IMG/VR virus record: IMGVR_UViG_3300045988_109834
Span: 1 to 41,190 of that record
DNA length: 41,190 nt
From: a virus
Reading direction: 5' to 3' (one strand)
Below are positions 1 to 9,500 of this stretch, one piece after another. Position 1 is the first letter of the stretch, and each line of letters starts with the position of its first letter. Below the pieces are notes generated by a model that was not told the origin of the DNA, did no database searches, and was given only the letters and a program-made list of their open reading frames with translations. The position numbers and the translations under genes were made by a program.

Positions 1-119
1 AAGCAAATGAATGATATAAGGATGTGACATAAATGTATGCAGACCGTAGCTATTACGAAACAGGGTATCTGTTAGGAAGATCTCCGGTAATTCCGGAAGG
101 GATATACCCTTACTGGGAG
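1..119. repeat. Terminal direct repeat, copy A (identical to 41072-41190); circular-assembly overlap or terminal redundancy
   Basis: Bases 1-119 recur base-for-base at 41072-41190. Unique length is 41071 bp, and the capsid gene is followed directly by the connector gene. Confidence 0.95.
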
Positions 120-431
120 AAACAGGCGGAACGCGTATTAAATCAGTATACCATGAGCCGCCTGGCAACTGATTTTAACCTTATCACGGAAGATGTGAAA
201 GATTGCACCTGTGAGCTTGCAGAATTGCTGTATCAGGCAGATACAGTGGCTCAGAAGGCAGCAGAACAGGGAGGAGGCCTTCTTTCTTCTTATTCGAACG
301 ATGGAGAGTCAGGAACCTTTGACTTATCTCAGTCTTCGTATACAGAGGAAGGAAAGGCCAAAAAGGAAAGAGAGATCATTTATAAGTATCTTGGAAACAC
401 AGGTCTCTTATACAGAGGAATGCAGTTATGA
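33..431 (+). CDS. Head-tail connector/adaptor protein (position-based)
   Basis: 132-aa ORF with an AAGGA SD. It is the first gene after the major capsid gene on the circular map and is ATGA-coupled to the next ORF. No diagnostic motif recognised. Confidence 0.55.
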   Translation: MYADRSYYETGYLLGRSPVIPEGIYPYWEKQAERVLNQYTMSRLATDFNLITEDVKDCTCELAELLYQADTVAQKAAEQGGGLLSSYSNDGESGTFDLSQSSYTEEGKAKKEREIIYKYLGNTGLLYRGMQL

Positions 432-799
432 ATCCAAATTATGTACATACAATCACTTTGTACCATAAAACAACTGAAGACAATGCGGAACACTGGGTAA
501 AATCAGTGTTCCATAATTGCTTCTGGAAAATGGTTGTGAATACGGGGTTTAATGAAACAAAAGTGAACGTGCAGAACACATATGTAGCCAGAATCCCGAA
601 AGAAAGCTGCAAGGAACCGATTTCTATACTTCAGGGAGATATCGTGATTCTGGGAGAATGTTCTGAAGAAATCACGGGAACATCCGGCCAGACTGCAGCG
701 CAGGTTCTCAACAGATATAAACCGAATGCCTTTAAGGTAACGGCTTTTTCAGATAACGCAAGTTTCCCGCTTGGAAAACATTACAGACTGGGAGGCTGA
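428..799 (+). CDS. Head-tail joining / minor capsid family protein
   Basis: 123-aa ORF translationally coupled (ATGA) within the capsid-to-tail gene block. Confidence 0.55.
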   Translation: MNPNYVHTITLYHKTTEDNAEHWVKSVFHNCFWKMVVNTGFNETKVNVQNTYVARIPKESCKEPISILQGDIVILGECSEEITGTSGQTAAQVLNRYKPNAFKVTAFSDNASFPLGKHYRLGG

Positions 800-801
800 A
801 T

Positions 802-1233
802 ATGAGAACACGCTTTAATTGGAACAATTCTCCATCAAATATAGTGAGAAGAGTGACTGGGGGAAGACAGGGAATGCTATTTCTTGCAAATTCCGCAGCA
901 CGTTTTATGGATCCATATGTACCGGCAGATAACCTGGTACTTGCACAGAACATAGATATCACAGCAGATGAGAATTGTGGACATGTAACATATAACAGCC
1001 CATATGCGCATTATCAGTATATCGGTGAGGTATATGGTCCGAACTACCCACTTATGGACGGAGGAGAAATCATGGGATTCTATTCCCCTCCACATAAGAC
1101 CCCGACGGGAGGAAAACTTAAATATAGCAAGTTTAGGCATCCTCTTGCAACAGATCACTGGGACAAAGCAATGATGACGGCAAGGAAAGATGATCTTACA
1201 AGATCCTATGAGGAATACTTGAGGAGCAGGTAA
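802..1233 (+). CDS. Head-tail joining protein (minor-capsid-2-like)
   Basis: 143-aa ORF with a GGGAGG SD. It lies between the capsid and major tail genes and has an MDPYVP-type N-terminal region seen in siphovirus minor capsid proteins. Confidence 0.5.
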   Translation: MRTRFNWNNSPSNIVRRVTGGRQGMLFLANSAARFMDPYVPADNLVLAQNIDITADENCGHVTYNSPYAHYQYIGEVYGPNYPLMDGGEIMGFYSPPHKTPTGGKLKYSKFRHPLATDHWDKAMMTARKDDLTRSYEEYLRSR

Positions 1234-1235
1234 AT

Positions 1236-1670
1236 ATGAGTAAACATGATGCAGTAAAAGCATACTTCGTACCGAAAGTGAAAGAGCTGGCAGGGAGTAT
1301 GCTTAATTTTAACTTTTCACCGGAATCACCGAACAGTATATCTCTGATCACAAATTATTCAGATAAGGTCAGAAAGAAATACATAACCGGTGATGCACTA
1401 AAAGAATATGGATTCTCGATCATTATCGTAAAGGAATATTCTTCCGAATCAGATGACCTGAATCTGGAAGCGATGAATTTCGCCCAGACATTCATGGAGT
1501 GGTTGGAAGAGCAGAATGAAAAGAAAGAATATCCGGATTTCGGAGAGAACTGCACGATTGAGAAGATGGAGAATCTTCAGAACATGCCGAACCTGTCAGG
1601 AGTTAATTATGAGGCAGGACTGGCACGTTACATGATACAGGTAAGAATTATTTATACAGAAAATGAATAA
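1236..1670 (+). CDS. Tail completion / tail terminator-like protein
   Basis: 144-aa ORF with an SD, immediately upstream of the major tail protein gene. Confidence 0.5.
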   Translation: MSKHDAVKAYFVPKVKELAGSMLNFNFSPESPNSISLITNYSDKVRKKYITGDALKEYGFSIIIVKEYSSESDDLNLEAMNFAQTFMEWLEEQNEKKEYPDFGENCTIEKMENLQNMPNLSGVNYEAGLARYMIQVRIIYTENE

Positions 1671-1702
1671 TGGTCTGGAATACAGACAGAAAGGAACATT
1701 TT

Positions 1703-2203
1703 ATGGGAGCAGTTACAGGAAGAATTGACCGCAAATATATGGCACATTTCATTGATGCGGGTTCTCTGTGCAAAGGAGAAACACCAAAGTATGAACGGTT
1801 AGGGAAAGATCTGGAAGAGTACAATGTTGAACTTAATCCAGATACAGAGACCTCTAAGAACATCAATGGAGAATCTACATTTAAGCATAACGGATATGAG
1901 GTATCTTCGGATGCGGACCCGTATTATGCAGACACAGAATCAACGCTGTCTGATAAGTTACAGACGATCATTGATGAGAGATTAAAGGACGATAATCTTA
2001 AAACGAATGCTGTAGAAGCTCATCTGTGGAAAGAGACTGCAGACGGCAAGTATGAAGCGTACCAGCAGGCCTGCTATATTGTGCCGACATCTTACGGCGG
2101 TGATACATCCGGATATCAGATCCCGTTCAGTGTAAATTATGTTGGAAAGCGTACAAAAGGTACCTTCGACCTCGCTACAGCAACATTTACGCCTAGCGTC
2201 TGA
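1703..2203 (+). CDS. Major tail protein
   Basis: 166-aa ORF in the canonical position, followed by two chaperone ORFs and the tape measure gene. The ATG at 1703 has an AAAGGA SD. An alternative in-frame ATG at 1670 has no SD. Confidence 0.65.
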   Translation: MGAVTGRIDRKYMAHFIDAGSLCKGETPKYERLGKDLEEYNVELNPDTETSKNINGESTFKHNGYEVSSDADPYYADTESTLSDKLQTIIDERLKDDNLKTNAVEAHLWKETADGKYEAYQQACYIVPTSYGGDTSGYQIPFSVNYVGKRTKGTFDLATATFTPSV

Positions 2204-2216
2204 AAGGAGAACTTAG

Positions 2217-2642
2217 ATGTCGAAAACAATTAACACGAAGATTGATGATGGAATCCTCACGTTTACATTTACGAATAATCAGAATGAAATCTTTGCATCA
2301 TTCAGGCTGAATCCAACAGATGTAAATATTGCTGCCAGAGCAGAAGAAGTTTCTGCGTTTTTTGAGAAGATGGAAGAAACGGTTAAAAATGTTGCATCTG
2401 CAAAAGAAGCAGCAAAATTGAATGAACTGATTCAGGATAAGATCAACTATCTGCTTGGATATGAAGCATCAAAAGACCTTTTCAGGGAACCGATCACAGC
2501 AACGACAGTATTTGGAAACGGACAGATGTTTGCAAATATCGTTCTGGACAAGGTAGCTGATGCGATTGCACCGGAAATCGAAAAGAGAAGAGAGAAAATG
2601 CAGGCAGAAGTTGATAAATATACGGAGAAGTACACAAAATGA
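2217..2642 (+). CDS. Tail assembly chaperone (XkdN/gpG-like)
   Basis: Acidic 141-aa ORF with an AAAGGAG SD, directly upstream of a second chaperone-sized ORF and the tape measure gene. Confidence 0.6.
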   Translation: MSKTINTKIDDGILTFTFTNNQNEIFASFRLNPTDVNIAARAEEVSAFFEKMEETVKNVASAKEAAKLNELIQDKINYLLGYEASKDLFREPITATTVFGNGQMFANIVLDKVADAIAPEIEKRREKMQAEVDKYTEKYTK

Positions 2643-3220
2643 ATGCCTATGAATTACCCACCTCGCTGAATATCGGCGGGGTGTCTTTTTCTATCAGGAC
2701 GGATTTTCGCGCAATCATAGACATTCTGATCGCACAGAATGACCCAAATCTGAACGCATATGGAAAAAGATTAGTAATGCTAAAGATTCTTTACGAAAAC
2801 TGGGAGAATATCCCACCGGAGCATGTGGAAGAAGCCTGCAGGAAGGCTTGCGAATTTATTGACTGCGGACAGACGGACGATGACCCGGGAAAACCTAAAC
2901 CACGTCTGATGGACTGGGGGCAGGACGGAGAAATGATCATACCTGCGGTAAACAAAGTAGCAAACACGGAGGTTAGAGCAGCACCATACATGCATTGGTG
3001 GACGTTCTTTAGCTATTTTATGGAGGCGGGCGAATGCTTATTTAATACAGTACTTGGCATTCGTTCAAAGAAAGCACATGGTGAAAGACTTGAGAAGTGG
3101 GAGAAAAAGTTTTATTACGATAACAAGAAGATCATCGATATAAGAACACAACTTTCAGATGAAGAACAGGCATATAAAGACGCACTGAATGAAAAACTCA
3201 ACCGGCTAGGAGGTGGATGA
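2639..3220 (+). CDS. Tail assembly protein (Gp15-like)
   Basis: 193-aa ORF ATGA-coupled to the previous ORF and ending at the tape measure start. This is the typical siphovirus arrangement. Confidence 0.55.
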   Translation: MNAYELPTSLNIGGVSFSIRTDFRAIIDILIAQNDPNLNAYGKRLVMLKILYENWENIPPEHVEEACRKACEFIDCGQTDDDPGKPKPRLMDWGQDGEMIIPAVNKVANTEVRAAPYMHWWTFFSYFMEAGECLFNTVLGIRSKKAHGERLEKWEKKFYYDNKKIIDIRTQLSDEEQAYKDALNEKLNRLGGG

Positions 3221-3221
3221 T

Positions 3222-6008
3222 GTGGCAGCAGACGGTACAGTCGTAATTGATACGAGACTTGATACTTCAGGAATCCGAAATGGAATGCCAGAAGCTGAAA
3301 GAACAGCCATAAATAGCGCTTCCCGAATGGAAGGGTCTTTCAATAAACTTGGAAGCACGATAAAGAAGATTGGCACACTCATTGGCACAGCACTGGCGAT
3401 TGGAAAACTTGCACAATTTGGCAAGGAGTGTATAGAACTTGGCTCTAATCTGGCAGAAGTCCAGAACGTGGTAGATGTTACATTTACAACCATGTCAGAT
3501 AAGGTCAACGAATTTGCTAAAAGTGCCATGACATCTGCCGGACTATCCGAAACAATGGCAAAGCAGTACACTGGTACTTTTGGAGCTATGGCAAAAGCCT
3601 TCGGATTCTCAGAGGAGCAGGCGTACAATATGTCTACTCAGCTGACTCAGCTTACAGGTGATGTTGCGTCTTTCTATAATCTCGATCAGGGAGAAGCATT
3701 CACAAAGCTGAAGAGCGTCTTTACTGGCGAAACGGAATCTTTGAAGGACCTCGGCGTTGTAATGACCCAGACAGCCCTCGATCAGTTCGCACTGGCAAAT
3801 GGTTTCGGAAAGACCACATCTGCCATGACAGAGCAGGAGAAGGTTGCGCTGCGACTGAAATTTGTAACAAGTCAGTTATCGGATGCTTCCGGAGACTTTG
3901 CCCGAACGTCCGGATCCTGGGCGAACCAGGTCAGGGTGATGCAGTTGCAGATCCAGTCTCTGAAAGCTACAGTCGGACAAGGGCTGATTAACATCTTCAC
4001 TCCGGTCATAAAAGTGATCAATATTTTGCTTGCTAAACTTGCCACAGTCGCGAATGCCTTTAAGAGCTTCACAGAGCTGATAACCGGAAACAAATCATCC
4101 GGGCAGACGGAAGCCAGTGGAGCGGGGCTTACCGGAACTGATCTGTCAGCCACAGAAGATGCTTATGGCAGCGCTGCTGATGGAGCTGATAGTCTGGCTG
4201 ATGCTACGCAGAATGTAACAGATTCCACGAAGGACAGCACAGGGGCACTGAAAAAGCAGAATAAGGCACTGAAGAAGAACATTGCATCGTTTGATGAATT
4301 GAATGTCATAGGCAAGGATAACTCAGACACGTCCGACTCAACAAAGACTCCGGCTATAGCAGATATAGGAATCGGGGATATTGGCAATGTGGACTACGGA
4401 AAGCTTGCCGATGTGTCAGATGAAGCAGACAAGGCAACCAGCGCAGTAGGAAAACTGGCGAAAAAGCTAAAAGAACTTGGAGACATCTTCAAGGGTGGGT
4501 TCTTTGAGGGACTTGGAGACTACAAACCGATGCTGAATGAACTAATCAGTGATCTTGGGAATATCAAGAAGTATCTGACAGATATTTTTACGGATCCTGA
4601 TGTCAAGAAAGCTGCTTCGAAGTTTGCAAAAAAGGTAGTTAAGAATCTCGGAAAGATAACCGGTTCAATAGCAAAGGTTGGACTTACCCTGGCAGCTGCA
4701 CTTGTTGGGGGAATAGAATCTTATCTGTCAAAGAATGTTGACCGAATCAAGAAATTTATCATCAAGATGTTTGATGTCGCTGGAGAAATCGCAGATGAAA
4801 TAGGTGATTTATCGGCAGTTTTTGCAGATATATTCTCTGTGTTTGGCGGACAGACCACGCAGAACATCATAGGAAGTGTGATACAGATCATATCAGATAC
4901 CGTTATGACGGCATTGACGTTGGCCGGGCAGATGCTTAGAGATTCTATCAACCTGCTCCTGGTTCCATTACAGGAGAATGCCGAACTGATTAAACAGACT
5001 ATTGAGAATACATTACAGCCAATAGAGACAGTAATTACGGCTATCGCAGATGCGTGGCAGATTGCTATGGATGAACTTATCGCTATGTATGATGCTCATA
5101 TCAAGCCTTTTTTTGATTCTCTTGCTAACGGGCTATCTGAAATACTCACAGTATTTTTAAATGCGTATAACAGCTACATAGTGCCTGTATTAGACCAACT
5201 GGCAGCTAAGATTAGTGAGATCATGGCAGGACCTGTAGGTGATGCTATACATAATGCAATCGAACTTATCGGAAAAATCGTAGATGCACTGAAAGTTCTA
5301 TGGGAAAACGTATTAGTACCATTGGTTAAGTTCATTATTGGCAATGTGGCTCCGCAAATAGCAAGTGCTCTTAGTATTATTGGCAATGTATTTCTGGAAT
5401 TGTTTGATTCGGTAAGCGAAGTAGTTGCTGGAATACTGAAAGTCCTTGGCGGCGTGATCGATTTTATTGTTGGTGTATTTACAGGTGACTGGAAACGTGC
5501 GTGGGAAGGCGTAAAGAATATCTTCAAAGGCGTGTTCGAAGCACTGGTAGGAATTGCAAAAGTTCCGATCAATGGCGTTATTGGGTTAATCAACGGCATG
5601 ATCAGGGGGATTATTTCTGGTGTAAATACAGCTATCGGAGTCCTTAACAAGATGAAGATTAAAGTCCCTGATTGGGTAATGGGAATTGGGGGAAAAACTT
5701 GGGGGTTTACAATCCCGACGATGACAGCTCCACAGATCCCGTATCTGGCAAAAGGTACAGTTGTTCCTAGAAATGCCGGAGAATTTGCAGCAGTTTTAGG
5801 TGATAACAAGCGTGAGACAGAAGTTGTATCTCCACTATCAACGATGAAACAAGCATTGCTGGAAGCGCTGAAAGAGTCTGGAAACAGCGGCAGCAGTTCG
5901 CCCCAGTACATTGTACTGAATATTGATGGAAACGAATTCATTCGCTGGCTTCGCGATCAGAATGGACAATACAGGAACCGGACAGGCTTCGGAATCTTTG
6001 AAGGGTAG
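3222..6008 (+). CDS. Tail tape measure protein
   Basis: About 930-aa ORF, Ala/Gly/Ile-rich with long helical and hydrophobic stretches, downstream of the chaperones. GTG at 3222 lies 9 nt from AGGAGG. The ORF track start at 3213 abuts the SD. Confidence 0.9.
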   Translation: MAADGTVVIDTRLDTSGIRNGMPEAERTAINSASRMEGSFNKLGSTIKKIGTLIGTALAIGKLAQFGKECIELGSNLAEVQNVVDVTFTTMSDKVNEFAKSAMTSAGLSETMAKQYTGTFGAMAKAFGFSEEQAYNMSTQLTQLTGDVASFYNLDQGEAFTKLKSVFTGETESLKDLGVVMTQTALDQFALANGFGKTTSAMTEQEKVALRLKFVTSQLSDASGDFARTSGSWANQVRVMQLQIQSLKATVGQGLINIFTPVIKVINILLAKLATVANAFKSFTELITGNKSSGQTEASGAGLTGTDLSATEDAYGSAADGADSLADATQNVTDSTKDSTGALKKQNKALKKNIASFDELNVIGKDNSDTSDSTKTPAIADIGIGDIGNVDYGKLADVSDEADKATSAVGKLAKKLKELGDIFKGGFFEGLGDYKPMLNELISDLGNIKKYLTDIFTDPDVKKAASKFAKKVVKNLGKITGSIAKVGLTLAAALVGGIESYLSKNVDRIKKFIIKMFDVAGEIADEIGDLSAVFADIFSVFGGQTTQNIIGSVIQIISDTVMTALTLAGQMLRDSINLLLVPLQENAELIKQTIENTLQPIETVITAIADAWQIAMDELIAMYDAHIKPFFDSLANGLSEILTVFLNAYNSYIVPVLDQLAAKISEIMAGPVGDAIHNAIELIGKIVDALKVLWENVLVPLVKFIIGNVAPQIASALSIIGNVFLELFDSVSEVVAGILKVLGGVIDFIVGVFTGDWKRAWEGVKNIFKGVFEALVGIAKVPINGVIGLINGMIRGIISGVNTAIGVLNKMKIKVPDWVMGIGGKTWGFTIPTMTAPQIPYLAKGTVVPRNAGEFAAVLGDNKRETEVVSPLSTMKQALLEALKESGNSGSSSPQYIVLNIDGNEFIRWLRDQNGQYRNRTGFGIFEG

Positions 6009-6016
6009 GTGAATAT

Positions 6017-6457
6017 ATGAGCGAGTTTAGCTCGGGATCCGCTGCGAATTTCGGCGGCTGGTTGCTGAAGTTCGGAGGACAGGTTTTCCCGCATGAATAC
6101 ATCAAGAAAGGCGGCTGGAAGAGTACACCAAATCAGAGACTTGAAAACGACCCCTGGTCAGATACAAAAGGATACCTGCACAGGGATGTAATGGACCACA
6201 ACCGTACAAAAATTGAGTTCGAGACAGTAGATGATCTGACACTCGAAGAAAAAATCCAGTGCCAGAATATCATAAACAATGCGATTACAAATAAAGCAGA
6301 GCGAAAAGGGAAGATCACTTACTGGAATGACGAGACAAACACTTACGAAGATGCAGAAGTATACATCCCGGATATAGATTTCACAGTAAACGAGATCGAC
6401 AAGAAAAGAAACATGATCTTTTATGCAAGCATCAGGATCGCACTGATAGAGTATTAA
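6017..6457 (+). CDS. Distal tail protein (Dit-like)
   Basis: 146-aa ORF immediately after the tape measure gene and before the large tail protein. Confidence 0.55.
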   Translation: MSEFSSGSAANFGGWLLKFGGQVFPHEYIKKGGWKSTPNQRLENDPWSDTKGYLHRDVMDHNRTKIEFETVDDLTLEEKIQCQNIINNAITNKAERKGKITYWNDETNTYEDAEVYIPDIDFTVNEIDKKRNMIFYASIRIALIEY

Positions 6458-6519
6458 ACCAGGGTGCATGGGTGTCATAGCTCATGTGCTCTTTTGTTTT
6501 AAAACTGAAGGAGGCAGAC

Positions 6520-9500
6520 ATGGCAGATACATACAAACTTAGCAGTCTGATGGGTACCACATCCGGAATGACTTTAGTCACCAGTACTATAATGAAGAGC
6601 GGAAAGACGCAGGTCCTTGACAGCTATTATATGTATTCTAAGGTACCATATGGAAGATGGTATTATTCACAGGCACAACAATCTTTTGATAATGAAATTA
6701 CAAAAGTATCTGTTAAATATGATGGGAATATACTTTTTACATTTAGAAATGGTTCGCTGGGTGAATACGATGCATTTTATGTAATCGGGTTAACAGCAAC
6801 AGAAAAAATATACAAGCAGAGCGGTACTCTGGATACAGGCGAAAAGTTTGATAAAATTTGTGTATACGGTACCACTATCAACCTCAATCTTGCGAGTTTC
6901 CAGGTTAATGCGATATACGAAATGTTCCTTATCAGCGGAGGCAAAAAACCGCAGATCATATTTAATTTTATAAAAGCGCCAAAGGCATATTTGAGCAGAT
7001 ACGAATACCCTTTTACAAGATCAAGCAGTGATAAGAATATGACAACAAAACTTCCAGTAAAAGCGGCTCCATCAAAGATCTATCTGACCTATGCAGGCGC
7101 AGCCGATAAATGGAAAGTAACAACAGATTTATTTAGTACTGTTACCTTAGATAATCTGCTGGGGACAAACTGGTTTCTGTGTGGATCGTACGATTACTCT
7201 GTAACAGTAAAAGACAGCAGCCTCTTTGATTTCTTCAAGATAAATAACCAAGCCTTATCCCAAATAGTAGGATACGGAAAAGGCAGGGTTATATTACAGA
7301 GTTCAGGTAATATAATCTGCGTATGGGGAACTACGAATAACGGTACATATTCTTCTTATTACGCAGAATACATGAGAAATGTACCGGAGCTGACACTGGC
7401 AGATGGTTCAAAGTTCTTCAAAATGCGTGGAAGAATGAGAGTAAATTCAGGTAGTAAAACCCCATTAATTTATGAAATGTATCTCCTGAACAATCAGAAG
7501 ATTCTCATTTATATCGCTGGGATTCCTGATGATGACACAAAGGCAACTGGAGAAAACTATGTCAATCTGTTTGGTGTAAATACTTCTTTGGGAGAGGTGA
7601 CGGCAGGAGAAAAAATCTGGCTGTATCTGGATGATGCTGGTACTTCTTATGCAATGAAGACAGGAAATGATTCTGAAGTTTCAAAGATAGAGATTCTTAC
7701 CCTGCCGACAGAGAATACATTTTACCTCGGAAGCAAACTGAATCTGGATGGATTGACAGTGCGCGCAACATTTGCTGATGGAACTACTTTTGATATTCTC
7801 AAATGGAATGAAATAAATGTTGCCTACACGAACGAACTGGGAAATCAGGCAGTAACTGTAATGTTTAGAGGGAAAACGGCTACATTTCAGACAGAATGCC
7901 TGGAGGACAAAGTTGCATCAATAGACTTCACAATCAGCCAGGATCACTATATGATCGGAGAATCCCTGGGATACATCCGAGTAACAGCAACAAGACTTTC
8001 AGGAAAGACAGAATCCGTCAGCACAGGTGATTACACAATTTCCGGATATGACCCGAATACGCAGGGAACACAGACTATCACAGTTGCTTATGAGGGATTG
8101 ACAGCGACCAAAGAGATTCTGGTTGATTCACCTGAAACAGCAGTGCTGACAGTTGTGAATGATTCAAGTGAACCTTTTTTAATCAATTTTGATACGTTCG
8201 AGTCAATGAATGTAGTGGCAACTCTTACATATAGCGATGGACAGACAGCCAACATTTTACCGTCTTATTCTGGATACGATAATGAAGCAGCCGGAGAGAA
8301 GATTATTTCTGTTTCATACCGTGGTTTATCTGCAACCTACACGGTACAGGTGGTAGAAGAAATTACACGTCAGGTAAGTGACAACATTACTATGACCCTA
8401 AATGGGTTAACCGGAAAAGCAGTAGTAAGCGGATCTGGTGAGATACCGTCAGACGCTGGAATGTTCTCAAACTCACATGAAAGCGACTGGCATGGTTATG
8501 GATATAAAACAGCAGTTAAAACTATTGAAATAGCAGACGGAATTACATCAGTATGCGGATTTGATTATTGTAGTAATCTTACATCCATTCATTTGCCAGA
8601 AAGTCTTAGTAAAGTAGGATATGATGCTTTCTATCGATGCTCAAATCTGACAGAAGTAACACTTCCGGAAAATGTTGCGACAGTAAATTCCAACGCTTTT
8701 AATTCCTGCACAAACACGGTTCTTACAATAAAGAATGCAGAGTGCCAGATATATGATGACAACTATACTCTGCAGGTGGCAAAAATAAAAGGGCACATAG
8801 ATTCAACAGCACAGAGCTATGCAGAAAAATATGCTATAGAATTCAAATCACTTGAGACAGTTACAAAGATTGAAGTAACAAAGAAACCTAAGAAAGTATA
8901 TCATACTGGAGAAACCCTAAGCAAAAACGATATTGAAGTGACAGCAACCTTTGATACGGGTGACAGCAGGACGATAAACTCATATGAACTTGAATATGAT
9001 TTTTCTTCCACAGGAGAAAAGACTGTAAAAGCGATATATGGGGATTTCTCGGATTCATTCACGGTAAATATTGTTGCGTATAATTTTCAGGAACTGATCA
9101 ATATCACAGAAGGTATGCAGGTAATTCGAAACACTAAAAATGACGACGAAATAGATACCGTAGATGGCGTTGACTGGTTTAAATTCAACAACGTGACTGC
9201 AGATAAACTGTATATCAACGGAAATAACGGGATAGGTTTCGGGGTATCATCAGAACAGTTAAAGATCTGCCGACGTGATGGAGCTATATGGAATATTTAC
9301 AGGCTGGAAACTGTATTGGACGACGGTACAAAGCTTCTTAAAATCCGGGTAGAAGGGTATACACATTATGGTGCCTCTGGAACACACGAGAGCCAGATAA
9401 AATATGAATTATTTTTATTTGGCAATGGCGATATGTACCTGAATGTGATCCAGTCCCCCGCGTCTACAAGTACCTATGCCGGTACATCCAGCCTGATATG

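Noticed and set aside
1-119. The 119-bp terminal repeat as an LTR- or IS-type mobile-element boundary
   Set aside because: The repeat falls within the 3' end of the capsid gene, the short spacer and the 5' end of the connector gene, and gene order is continuous across it. It is an overlap of a circular map, not an insertion boundary.
2600-2660. Programmed -1 frameshift joining the two tail chaperone ORFs
   Set aside because: The two ORFs are joined by an ATGA overlap. I could not see a convincing slippery heptamer near the end of the first ORF, so they are annotated as separate genes.
5174-5941. 255-aa minus-strand ORF (and other 60-140-aa antisense ORFs) inside the tape measure gene
   Set aside because: It is fully nested antisense to a strongly supported long CDS. 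Its composition is low-complexity Ser/Pro/Thr/Ile-rich and it has no SD. This is typical of shadow ORFs. The same reasoning applies to the antisense ORFs within the giant tail gene, terL, the portal gene and parB.
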